Shown: positions 47,325 through 56,480 of the stretch, in pieces
Layout: each line of letters opens with the position of its first letter
Position numbering within the stretch: the first letter of the stretch is position 1
From: an uncultured Gammaproteobacteria bacterium
Lineage (GTDB): Bacteria; Patescibacteriota; Microgenomatia; Levybacterales; GWA1-39-11
Assembly (NCBI GenBank): GCA_964537315.1
Contig: CAZIAP010000002.1
Span: forward strand, 43,237 to 107,236
Reading direction: 5' to 3'
Length of the DNA stretch: 64,000 nt
The notes under the pieces: generated by a model
The model's input: only the letters and a program-made list of their open reading frames with translations
Database searches by the model: none
What the model was told of the DNA's origin: nothing
Program-made: the position numbers and the translations under genes

Positions 47325-49775
47325 ATGAAATTAGACGGAATCAGACAAAAAGTATTTTTAGACCGCTACGCTTTAAAAGATAAAGACGGTAGTCTGCTTG
47401 AGCATACTCCTGAAGAGATGTGGAAGCGCGTCGCGCGAGGGGTCTCCCAAACCGAGGACAAAAATGTTAGATCTCATTGGAGAAAAGAGTTCTATCGGGT
47501 AATGGAAGATTTCAAGTTTGTTCCTGCAGGACGTATTTTGTCAGGAGCGGGTACAGGTTACCAGGTAACTTACTTTAATTGTTTTGTCATTCCTTCCCCA
47601 CAAGACTCTCGTCACGGTATTTTGGAAGCACTCGGGCAATTAGTAGAAATTCAAGCTCGCTCAGGAGGAGTTGGATTAAATCTCTCATCACTTCGTCCAA
47701 AAGGTGCGCGTGTTAAAAAAGTAAATGGAACTTCATCAGGTCCTGTGAACTGGGCGACTCTTTTCTCAGTTGCGACGCACGATATTGTTCAGCAAGGCGG
47801 AAGCCGTCGAGGTGCAACAATGCTTATGCTGTGGGATTGGCATCCAGATGTGGAAGAGTTCATCACAGTAAAACAAGACCTTACCAAAATAAACGGAGCA
47901 AATCTTTCAGTATGTATCTCAGATGCCTTTATGGAAGCTGTTAAAAATGATGCTGATTGGGAGCTAGTGTATCCTGACCTCGATGACCCTAAATATGACT
48001 CACATTGGAATGGCGATATCGTTGAGTGGCGCAAGCTCGGTGGAAAAGTAAATCTACACAAGACAGTAAAAGCACGCGAGCTATGGAATTTGATCTGTGA
48101 AGCTGCTTGGAGAAGCGCTGAGCCAGGACTTCATTTTATGGACAGATCAAACAAACGGTCAAACACTTGGTATTTTGAGCGACTTATTGCTACAAATCCT
48201 TGTGGAGAGCAGCCACTGGGAGGTTGGGCTGTGTGTAACTTAGGTGCGATGAATTTGTCAGCTTACGTTACCGGGTATGACGCGGATAATCCTGGAAAAT
48301 TTGACTACAAATCATTTGCGGCAGATGTAAAAGTTGCAATGAGGTTGCTTGATAACGTAATCGATCAGACGTACTACTTTTTCCCCGAAAATGAGAAATG
48401 CGCAAAAGAAATTCGCAGAACAGGTTTGGGAATTATGGGACTTGGTGATGCGCTGATAAAAATGAATCTTGCTTATGGTTCTGAAGAATCACTTCCGATA
48501 ATTGAAAAAATATTCAAGACGCTTCGTGACAGCGCGTACGATGCTTCAAGTGATATCGCAAAAGAAAAAGGATCCTTCCCTAAGTTTGAGAAAGAACAAT
48601 ATCTCAAAGGATATCACATCAAAGAGCTACCTAAAGAACTACAAAAGAAAATAGAAAAACAAGGTATTCGTAATGCTGTCCTCTTGACTATTGCCCCAAC
48701 AGGTACGACATCATTAGTGTCAGGAGTTAGTTCTGGAGTAGAGCCGGTTTATGAGTTTGCTTTCAAAAGACGATGGAGAGGCGGAGAGGACATGATGTAT
48801 CATCCTCTCTATGAAGAATGGCTCAAAGCTCATCCGGGAGAAGAAAAACCAAAATATTTTGTGTCTGCAAACGATCTGACACCTGAAGAACATGTAAAAG
48901 TACAGGCCGTTGCCCAAAAATATATTGACTCCTCAATTTCAAAGACTGTAAATGCTCCAAAAACACATAGTGTCGAAGATGTTAAAAAGCTATATATGAT
49001 GGCATATGACCATGGTCTTAAAGGCATTACTTATATGAGAGACGGGTCAAGACAAGGAGTATTGGAACGAGTAGAGGAAAAGAAAGAAGAACAGAAGGAG
49101 CAGCCGGTTATGACACTGCGAAAAAGACCTCCTGTGATGGTCGGTTCGACTTACGAAACGGAAACACCTTTCGGTCACTCATTCATAACAATCAATTCTG
49201 ATAAAGAAGGGAATCCATTTGAGGTATTCATCAATTCAGGTAAATCAGGATCAGACGTTATGGCAATGTCTGAGGCGTTAGGACGAATTATCTCAATGGT
49301 GCTTCGCATGCAAAGTCCGATTGCTCATAGAGAAAGAATACGACAAATTGTTGGTCAACTATCAGGAATTGGTGGAGCTCGAACTGTAGGCTTTGGTATT
49401 AACAGAGTAAGATCTATGCCTGATGCTTTGGCAAAGGTACTTGCAGAACACTTTAGCTTTAAAGTCAATGGAAAAGTAGTTGACGCCGCACTTCGCCAAG
49501 GCTCCGAGGGGCAAGTAGTTAAACATCCAGAACAAGAGAAATCTGATGTAAAAGGTAATGGATCTAATGGAAACGGACATGGTTTGTCACTTAACGGACA
49601 CTCCGCACCAGTTCAAGCAGATGCTGTACCTCAAACGACTGTGATGCAGCAAATGACACTTCCTCAAGACGACACAAGACAACTATTTGATATCTGCCCT
49701 GAATGTGGTGGAGCATCTCTTGCAAGAGAAGAAGGCTGCAAGAAATGTTATGCCTGTGGGTACGCAGAGTGTTAA
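47325..49775 (+). CDS. nrdJ: class II (AdoCbl-dependent) ribonucleotide reductase with C-terminal TSCPD-like and Zn-ribbon domains
   Basis: NCFV, RRGA, TNPCGEQPL, IAPTGTTS, KGITYMRDGSR, terminal CPECGG..EEGCKKCYACG. Confidence 0.95.
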   Translation: MKLDGIRQKVFLDRYALKDKDGSLLEHTPEEMWKRVARGVSQTEDKNVRSHWRKEFYRVMEDFKFVPAGRILSGAGTGYQVTYFNCFVIPSPQDSRHGILEALGQLVEIQARSGGVGLNLSSLRPKGARVKKVNGTSSGPVNWATLFSVATHDIVQQGGSRRGATMLMLWDWHPDVEEFITVKQDLTKINGANLSVCISDAFMEAVKNDADWELVYPDLDDPKYDSHWNGDIVEWRKLGGKVNLHKTVKARELWNLICEAAWRSAEPGLHFMDRSNKRSNTWYFERLIATNPCGEQPLGGWAVCNLGAMNLSAYVTGYDADNPGKFDYKSFAADVKVAMRLLDNVIDQTYYFFPENEKCAKEIRRTGLGIMGLGDALIKMNLAYGSEESLPIIEKIFKTLRDSAYDASSDIAKEKGSFPKFEKEQYLKGYHIKELPKELQKKIEKQGIRNAVLLTIAPTGTTSLVSGVSSGVEPVYEFAFKRRWRGGEDMMYHPLYEEWLKAHPGEEKPKYFVSANDLTPEEHVKVQAVAQKYIDSSISKTVNAPKTHSVEDVKKLYMMAYDHGLKGITYMRDGSRQGVLERVEEKKEEQKEQPVMTLRKRPPVMVGSTYETETPFGHSFITINSDKEGNPFEVFINSGKSGSDVMAMSEALGRIISMVLRMQSPIAHRERIRQIVGQLSGIGGARTVGFGINRVRSMPDALAKVLAEHFSFKVNGKVVDAALRQGSEGQVVKHPEQEKSDVKGNGSNGNGHGLSLNGHSAPVQADAVPQTTVMQQMTLPQDDTRQLFDICPECGGASLAREEGCKKCYACGYAEC
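49474..49520. repeat. in-frame palindromic insert flanked by 8-bp direct repeats
   Basis: AAGTAGTT-GACGCCGCACTTCGCCAAGGCTCCGAGGGGC-AAGTAGTT. Confidence 0.6.
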
Positions 49776-49823
49776 GCTAGCAAGTGGCATATAGCATATA
49801 GCTAATAGTCATGGTAAAAATTA

Positions 49824-49945
49824 AAGTATTGTATAGGTAAGAAGGGTGAAAGTCCCTCTCAGAGCCGCTACTGTAAAGACAGAAAACTATACATTATTAC
49901 TCCTTCCCGAGCTTGGAAAAACCAATAATCTCGAGAAGCATTTTA
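49824..49945 (+). promoter_or_regulatory. cobalamin riboswitch (minimal, class II-like)
   Basis: TGTATAG/CTATACA closing stem, GGTAA, AGGG-TGAAAGT-CCCT T-loop hairpin, CAGAGCCGCTA, CTGTAA-AGACAG-AAAAC B12 box; lies upstream of pduO. Confidence 0.8.
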
Positions 49946-49967
49946 AATTAAAAGGTTTAAGTCTATC

Positions 49968-50519
49968 ATGCCGATCTATACAAAAACAGGAGATAGAGGT
50001 AAAACGTCATTACGTACGGGTAGCCGCATTTGGAAAGATTCTATACGAGTTGAAGCGTATGGAAGCATTGATGAGCTGAATTCATATATAGGAGTAGTTA
50101 TTTCAACGCTCGGAGAGCCAAAGCGTGGATGGAAAAAGTACCTACAAACACAGTTACTATCAATTCAAGGTGACTTGTTATTTATAGGATCATCACTTGC
50201 TAAAAGCGAAGTGATGCTGGATAGGCTTGATCCTAATACTAAAAAATTTGAGGAACAAATTGATACGATGACAGAAAAACTCCCAGAATTGAGTAATTTT
50301 ATTCTTCCAGGCGGAAATCCTGTTGGGTCACATCTGCAATATGCCCGAACACTGGTCAGAAGAGCAGAAAGGAGAGTAGTTACTCTTGCAAAAACTGAAA
50401 AAGTAGATGATTCACTAATACGTTACATTAATAGGTTATCAGATCTATTTTTTACCATGTCGCGGTTTGCAAATTTTAAGGAAAAGAAAAGTGAAGTAGT
50501 TTGGGCCCCCTTTAAGTAG
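49968..50519 (+). CDS. pduO: PduO-type ATP:cob(I)alamin adenosyltransferase
   Basis: IYTKTGDRGKT, YGSIDELNS, FILPGG, RRAERR, YINRLSD. Confidence 0.96.
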   Translation: MPIYTKTGDRGKTSLRTGSRIWKDSIRVEAYGSIDELNSYIGVVISTLGEPKRGWKKYLQTQLLSIQGDLLFIGSSLAKSEVMLDRLDPNTKKFEEQIDTMTEKLPELSNFILPGGNPVGSHLQYARTLVRRAERRVVTLAKTEKVDDSLIRYINRLSDLFFTMSRFANFKEKKSEVVWAPFK

Positions 50520-50524
50520 GACAT

Positions 50525-51763
50525 ATGGAAAACAGAGCATACATACCCCAAGAGGCGTATCAAAATTATCTACAAGGTGTTCCAGCTGAGCAGAGGGACA
50601 ATTTATATTCAATAGAGCCGAGGGTAGAAAAGTCTATAAAAGTAGTGCAGTACGAGCTAGACTTTGATAGACAGCAAGCAAGGGAAATCTTAAGGAGTAG
50701 GGGAGATGAAGATTTTGAGAGCAGAGTAGAGAACTTTAAATCTTTTACTGAAATGCAGTTACTTACGGCTTTAGGGGAAAGATTTAATAGAGGACTAAGT
50801 CGCTACTCATACCGTACGGAAGATGGAGTTTTGTATGGTGAACATAGTGATGAACCTTTTCTTGATGTTTTAGAAAGGGGTAGAGCATACCGGGAAATAT
50901 ATGGAAATCCTGTTGATCATTCCCGTGAAGAGGCAGAAGTAAGAGGTTTTAAAAAAATCCAGGATGTTTTGGGTAACCCAGATACTCCTCCTGGTACTAT
51001 TGCGGTCTCAGTGTCACCTCCAGGGGGTGAGGGGTCTATATATAAACATAACTTTTATGACGGTTTTCAAAAAAAGGAAGACGGGAGTATTGAAGTGGTT
51101 CGGTTTAGTAACGCATTAAGTGCAGAAGAAACAATTGATAGACTAAAAGAGCTGGATCCTCAAATCAACACTCCAGAACAACTAACAGATGTTAATTTGC
51201 TTTCAAACCCTATTATCCTATCTAAAGAGATTGGACAAGAATTGACCTTAGATAAAATACATACTCATCTTCACAAAGATCATGACGTAATGAGTGAAAA
51301 AGATTTTGCAGTAGTACAGGAGATGTGTGCTTTTCTTATGGTAAGTTACATAAACTCTCTTTTGGAAGATCCTGAGGATTATAATAAACATGCCAGGTTA
51401 TATAACGCTTTACTAAATAAGGCGGATGAAGTTTCCGACTCTCTAAAAGAGAGTAGAGATATTGCGGTAATTAAGTCATCTGCTGATATGACAGAACAAG
51501 AGATATATTATCTTGGCAATCAATCTGTTAGATCAGTAGATACAGGGTGCGGATATTCAGGAGGAGCAGAAATCATGAACGGAGGAGAAACCGCACTAGG
51601 TGTTTATTCAGTCATGTCGTTTGGAGGAGTAGAAGATAAGTACGGTTCATTAAAGTTTAAGTGTCCTCATTGTAACTATGAAAATACTCGCCCTTACGGA
51701 AAGCTGATTGAAAGGTGTGGGGATGGTCAATCAAGTGGATGTAAAAAAAGCGTTCGTTGCTAA
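50525..51763 (+). CDS. hypothetical protein with C-terminal Zn ribbon
   Basis: 412 aa; DKYGSL.F.CPHC...N.RP.G...C...C ending. Confidence 0.8.
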   Translation: MENRAYIPQEAYQNYLQGVPAEQRDNLYSIEPRVEKSIKVVQYELDFDRQQAREILRSRGDEDFESRVENFKSFTEMQLLTALGERFNRGLSRYSYRTEDGVLYGEHSDEPFLDVLERGRAYREIYGNPVDHSREEAEVRGFKKIQDVLGNPDTPPGTIAVSVSPPGGEGSIYKHNFYDGFQKKEDGSIEVVRFSNALSAEETIDRLKELDPQINTPEQLTDVNLLSNPIILSKEIGQELTLDKIHTHLHKDHDVMSEKDFAVVQEMCAFLMVSYINSLLEDPEDYNKHARLYNALLNKADEVSDSLKESRDIAVIKSSADMTEQEIYYLGNQSVRSVDTGCGYSGGAEIMNGGETALGVYSVMSFGGVEDKYGSLKFKCPHCNYENTRPYGKLIERCGDGQSSGCKKSVRC

Positions 51764-51769
51764 GCGGAT

Positions 51770-51928
51770 ATGAAAAATTTAAATGATTCAAATAAAAATT
51801 GTGATGATTGTTTTAAAATTATTTGCAAATTATGCAATTGGGAACCCGATGATAATGAAGTAGAGGCTATACAGAGTGGAGTACTTCAAAATTGTCCTGA
51901 CTGCGGATGGAGTCCTAGAGTATCGTGA
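51770..51928 (+). CDS. small Cys-rich protein (52 aa)
   Basis: MKNLNDSNKNCDDCFKIICKLCNW...NCPDCGWSPRVS, three CxxC motifs; below the ORF-track size cutoff. Confidence 0.7.
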   Translation: MKNLNDSNKNCDDCFKIICKLCNWEPDDNEVEAIQSGVLQNCPDCGWSPRVS

Positions 51929-52055
51929 AATAATGTGGATAACTTTTCACAGCAGTAACTATATCAAACTGATACATGGGTATCAAACTATATCATTTAG
52001 CCTCGAAAAACTGAGTATTGAAAAAAAATCGAAACTCTGTATACACTAGAGATAC

Positions 52056-52787
52056 ATGTGGAAAACTCTGGTAAACCTCATCTTTCCTAAGTACTGTGTG
52101 CAGTGTAAGCGAATAGGAAATTACATTTGTGATAACTGTTTTTCTTACATTCGCTTTGATCCTACTCCGATTTGTCCCAAGTGTAATAAGCAATCGATTG
52201 AGGGCGCGACCCATCCAAGGTGTCGTACTCTTTATAGTATTGATGGGCTCGTCTCAGCAGTTGTATATACCGGAGTGATAAAGCGACTTGTGCATCAATA
52301 TAAATATAATCCGTATGTATCTGACCTTAGAGATGACATTGGAAGATTAATGTGTGAGAGCTTGGAACAAAATGAAATATTTTTTAACTTTCTCAAAGAC
52401 AAACCAGTGCTTATACCTGTTCCACTCCATCCGATGAGACTTTCTAGAAGGGGATATAATCACTCATGGCTTCTCTGCTCTTATGTCGCACAATATTTCA
52501 AGCAAGAAGTAAATAATGATGTGTTAGTAAGAACACGCAACACAAAACCACAGTTTAAGCTCTCAAAAAATGATCGATACTCTAATGTCAAAGATGCATT
52601 TAAAATTCAAGAGAGTCAGAAGAAGACTGTTAAAGGAAGAACAATATTAATAATAGACGATATTGCGACTACCTGCTCTACTCTGGGAGAAATCGCTAAA
52701 GTACTAAAACGCAATGGTGCAAAAAGTGTTTGGGGGGTAGTCTTTGCAAGAGAAGAATTAACGAGGACAAAAGTAGGACGGGTTTAG
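52056..52787 (+). CDS. comF: ComF family competence protein
   Basis: FPKYC..C Zn motifs, PVPLH..R..RRGYN, IIDDIATT.ST. Confidence 0.93.
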   Translation: MWKTLVNLIFPKYCVQCKRIGNYICDNCFSYIRFDPTPICPKCNKQSIEGATHPRCRTLYSIDGLVSAVVYTGVIKRLVHQYKYNPYVSDLRDDIGRLMCESLEQNEIFFNFLKDKPVLIPVPLHPMRLSRRGYNHSWLLCSYVAQYFKQEVNNDVLVRTRNTKPQFKLSKNDRYSNVKDAFKIQESQKKTVKGRTILIIDDIATTCSTLGEIAKVLKRNGAKSVWGVVFAREELTRTKVGRV

Positions 52788-52817
52788 GGTGTAGATTAAA
52801 TCAGGTATAATGAGTTC

Positions 52818-53258
52818 ATGAGAATTGTTAATAAACAACTAAATCGAAATTATGCCGTTATCGAAAGGATAGAGAGCGGTATTGCCTTATTGGGATCAGA
52901 AGTAAAGGCTGTGCGTACGAATCATGCAAGCCTCGACGGCTCTCATGTGCGTATTTTAGATGGACAAGCATACCTAGTCAATGCAAAAATCTTTCCATAT
53001 AAGTTCTCGCGTACAGAGAACTATAATGAATCGAGAAGCCGAAAGTTATTATTACATAGAAAGGAACTAACAGCGCTCAAATCTCGGCTCGATCAAGGTA
53101 ACTTTACACTTGTACCTGTTGCACTCTACCTTAAAAACAATCGGATTAAACTAGAAATCGCGTTAGTAAAAGGGAAGGCACAACACGAAAAACGCCGTGA
53201 ATTACGCAAGAAAGCAATTGACCGTGATATAGAGCGAGAATTGAAAAAATGGTCATAA
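52818..53258 (+). CDS. smpB: SsrA-binding protein
   Basis: GIALLGSEVKA, RSRKLLLHRKE, KGKAQHEKR. Confidence 0.96.
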   Translation: MRIVNKQLNRNYAVIERIESGIALLGSEVKAVRTNHASLDGSHVRILDGQAYLVNAKIFPYKFSRTENYNESRSRKLLLHRKELTALKSRLDQGNFTLVPVALYLKNNRIKLEIALVKGKAQHEKRRELRKKAIDRDIERELKKWS

Positions 53259-53281
53259 TTTGCTATAATATAGGATATCTT

Positions 53282-53695
53282 GGGGATGTATTGTATCGAC
53301 AAGAATAGTACATTAAAAACTGCAAGCCGGCTTTGAATCGTAGCCGTAAAACAGGTTCAAACCTTACATGCTGATGGAACAACCATCCGCCGCAAGGTTC
53401 AGCGGTTCGCTGCTGACCTTATGCCGTCAACAGGACTTCGTCCTGCGATGGCATTCGCTGCTTAATAAGCGCGAGCTGTCTGTAATGTCTTTTCTCAACG
53501 GGGCGTCTCAGGCAAAAACTTAGTTGAGAAAAAGGTAAAGAGGCTGGTCTTCTTTTTATCATTTTTTTGACCTTAGTTATATCTTCGGATGTCGGTTTTC
53601 GTTCGGATATGATGAATTTCAATAATCGACTACGCTTGTAGATGTTTTTAACGCACCTTCTTTGGACGAGGGTTCATTACCCTCCATCTCCACCA
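53282..53695 (+). ncRNA. ssrA: tmRNA
   Basis: GGGGATG/CATCTCC-ACCA acceptor stem with G3:U, TCGAC, pk1 (CGGCT/AGCCG and TTGAA/TTCAA), tag ending AFAA-TAA-TAA; adjacent to smpB. Confidence 0.95.
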
Positions 53696-53698
53696 ATT

Positions 53699-55555
53699 TT
53701 AAAATGTAAATGAGTGTAAAGCCTCCGGGGTGGCAATATAAATTGTCTTTGACGCTTCATCTGCTGAGAAGTCTACAGCCTTACCTATGATGTCCCAACT
53801 ATACTCTTGTTTTACCTCACCGTTCTTTGAAGTAATAAGTACGCGTTGGTTAGTCCTGTCCAAAATATACACATAAGTGTAGTCTTGTGCGCTATATACC
53901 AAAGAGTTTTTACTTATATTTCCCTGAGTACCTGTTACGTTATAGGTGTCATCAACTCCTCGGGTGAATTTTTGTACTTTTCCGTTATCAATTACCGTAT
54001 ATATGGATCCGTCAATACCCATTGAAACAGGTGTGTTTTGAAGAGGAGAATCTAAATATTCAGTAACCTTATATGCGCTTGGTGAGTATTTCTCGACAGT
54101 TTTATTTGCTGAGTTCAGCAAGTATATATTACTTCCGAAAACATCGATTGCAGTGCGTGCTTTATCAATCTTAAAAAGTTCGGTATTATTGCCGTTGCTG
54201 AGATTAACACGTATTACCCCACTATTGCTAAGGACGTATGCAGAATCGCTATCAGCTGTTATATCCATAATAGTTGTAGTATCAAGGTCGTACGTTTCAT
54301 CGACTTCTCCAGAACTATCTATAGTTACAAGCTTATTTGCTTTATCTGTTACCATAAGTGATCCTCCTTTGATAGTTACAGTTTGTATCTGATCGAGTTT
54401 GAGGTCTTGTGCTGAAGTAATCTCTTGTCCGTTTTCAACTCTTTTGCCCGATGAAAGCTGAGAGAGTTTACTATCAACTTTTGCAAGCAGGGCGTTTACT
54501 TCTCCTAGATTATTATCATTCGGATACTTGGCTTTAGTTTGTGTCAGTAAGTCTTTGGCTTTAGTATATTTATCCAGTGCAAGTGGTCGATTAAGAGGTT
54601 CAATAGCTTCTCCTTCATCATACTCGGTTTGGGCAGACTGTAGGGCTTGGCTAATAGCTTGAGTATTATCTGCTGCTTTTTCCTGTTGGGTACGGATTAG
54701 AATACTGCCAATGAGAAATAATAAAAGCACGATGATCGAAATACCGATAACGAATCTTTTTTTATTTTTAATGGCACGAATTCGAGTGATCACTTTAGAT
54801 ATAAGATCAGGTATTCCTCCTATTGGAATAGGGAATTTTTTTTCGTGTGGTTTCTCATCGCTAAGCAACTCTGTAATTGACTCATCAGAGTAGTCATCAG
54901 CATCCGGTAAATTTTCTTCAGTGACATTATCTTCGTCTGGCTGTTCTTCTACTGTATTAGAAATATTTTCAGGGTTTATGTATTGAAGTAATACTATTGC
55001 TTCTGCTCCGGTTGGGTTGTCGTGTAACAACGGAGCAATACCTTCAGAAATTTCGGTGAGATTATCAGTCTGCAGATGAGGGTTAAGAATCAAAGGACTC
55101 AGTTTATGAGCAAAAGCATCAGTTTGAATAAGAATAATATCGTTATGTTGCAAAGGACCGGTAAATGATAATACTTTGTCGGGGTGACCCTCCGCTACAA
55201 TCCCAAGTTTTTCGTTACGCTTGATAGAGACTATTCCTTCTTCTGCGGTAATAATATAAAGTGTATTTTCGTTGTTGGTTACCAAGACAAGTGAATATCT
55301 AGCTGATTTTTCAACAGTGTTAACTGTATTTTCAACTGCTTTTTTTATACTCTCGATTGTTTTTTCATCAAGGGAAAAATATTCACGCTGAAGGCGTTCC
55401 AGAAGCTCTTTTCCTATTTGTGCTACAGGTTTGTCCCCCTCTTCATCAATAGACACGCTTAGCACAACATAAAAATTTAGTGTTGAGTATGCTTGAGACC
55501 AAGCTGTACTAGTTGCGTTTGCTGCAAGTTTTGCAATAAGAAATTGTGGGTTCAT
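53699..55555 (-). CDS. membrane protein: degenerate PP2C-like N-domain, TM, beta-propeller-like C-domain
   Basis: G.L...DIILIQTD; central TM; repeated IYLL/IDGSIY/VYILD strands. Confidence 0.7.
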   Translation of the reverse strand: MNPQFLIAKLAANATSTAWSQAYSTLNFYVVLSVSIDEEGDKPVAQIGKELLERLQREYFSLDEKTIESIKKAVENTVNTVEKSARYSLVLVTNNENTLYIITAEEGIVSIKRNEKLGIVAEGHPDKVLSFTGPLQHNDIILIQTDAFAHKLSPLILNPHLQTDNLTEISEGIAPLLHDNPTGAEAIVLLQYINPENISNTVEEQPDEDNVTEENLPDADDYSDESITELLSDEKPHEKKFPIPIGGIPDLISKVITRIRAIKNKKRFVIGISIIVLLLFLIGSILIRTQQEKAADNTQAISQALQSAQTEYDEGEAIEPLNRPLALDKYTKAKDLLTQTKAKYPNDNNLGEVNALLAKVDSKLSQLSSGKRVENGQEITSAQDLKLDQIQTVTIKGGSLMVTDKANKLVTIDSSGEVDETYDLDTTTIMDITADSDSAYVLSNSGVIRVNLSNGNNTELFKIDKARTAIDVFGSNIYLLNSANKTVEKYSPSAYKVTEYLDSPLQNTPVSMGIDGSIYTVIDNGKVQKFTRGVDDTYNVTGTQGNISKNSLVYSAQDYTYVYILDRTNQRVLITSKNGEVKQEYSWDIIGKAVDFSADEASKTIYIATPEALHSFTF

Positions 55556-55797
55556 AATACGAGGCTAAGTATAGTATAACCAATAACAAATACTGACGCT
55601 ACTATGTTACCTATTGCAACAAATCGCAAGACAGGAGAAAAGGACGTTTGATCTACATAGCGAATCAAAGAGGTGATTTGAACATATAAAATAACTGAAA
55701 AAATACTATATAAAGTAGCAAATATTAAGAGAATAAACTGATATAAAAAGTCTTGGCCTGATACGATACTACTTACTAAGTCTGTAAACTCCATCAT
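55552..55797 (-). CDS. small membrane protein (DUF5657-like)
   Basis: LY.IFS.I...QI..L pattern; overlaps both neighbours. Confidence 0.7.
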   Translation of the reverse strand: MMEFTDLVSSIVSGQDFLYQFILLIFATLYSIFSVILYVQITSLIRYVDQTSFSPVLRFVAIGNIVASVFVIGYTILSLVL

Positions 55798-56477
55798 AAA
55801 TTTCCTTTCTTATTACTCTGAGCAAGTTGATTAATCATCTCTGCCACCTGTGATGGATGTGGTACTTTATCATACTCAAAATTTTGTTGAACTGCCTCAG
55901 TTTGAATCACAACATTTCCGTATTTAAATACTGACTGAAGAAAACCAGTTTGAGTATATGTCACATCTACTACTGCGCTCAGTTGAGTTTCAGCCACGTT
56001 TTTTGAAAGAATATTCAACATATCGATATCGAGTAGGCGCTTATTAGTAATTAACCCTACGTGAAAATACCACTCAGCAAACTTAAGCAACGCGTATCCA
56101 AAAAGCCCTAAATAGTACAAAGATCCTGCTATAAAGATCGTTGAAGGAGAGAATGAGACAAACGGAACTTGAGATATCAGTGGAATTAGAAGAAATGGTA
56201 CGAATATTAAAGCAACAATAATCATAAACCATGGAATATTTGTAATATGATGTCTTCTAACCAAGATGTGTATGTCTTCTTCAGGCAGCTGACTATGAGT
56301 AGTTACCTTCGAAGGGTCTAGACAAAGAGAAGAGTAAAAATGCAAAGATTCTTTATTTATATTAGGGAAAAACGAATGAGCGTGATTAGTATGAAGTGTT
56401 TTTTCTGTACGACTCGACTTTGAAGCAGAAGTCTTATTATCTTGTAGAATGAACTCTCCAGATAGTTGATTACTCAT
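55794..56477 (-). CDS. bacterial PH domain membrane protein
   Basis: ITNKRLLDI...V.DVT....G...S.F.YGNV.IQT. Confidence 0.85.
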   Translation of the reverse strand: MSNQLSGEFILQDNKTSASKSSRTEKTLHTNHAHSFFPNINKESLHFYSSLCLDPSKVTTHSQLPEEDIHILVRRHHITNIPWFMIIVALIFVPFLLIPLISQVPFVSFSPSTIFIAGSLYYLGLFGYALLKFAEWYFHVGLITNKRLLDIDMLNILSKNVAETQLSAVVDVTYTQTGFLQSVFKYGNVVIQTEAVQQNFEYDKVPHPSQVAEMINQLAQSNKKGNL

Positions 56478-56480
56478 AGA

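Noticed and set aside
47325-49775. Intein or intron in nrdJ
   Set aside because: The NPCGEQ active site is uninterrupted, the length is normal, and no splicing or LAGLIDADG motifs were seen.
49846-50079. 77-aa ORF upstream of pduO
   Set aside because: Starts inside the riboswitch aptamer and overlaps pduO out of frame.
53419-53622. 67-aa minus-strand ORF
   Set aside because: Antisense to tmRNA.
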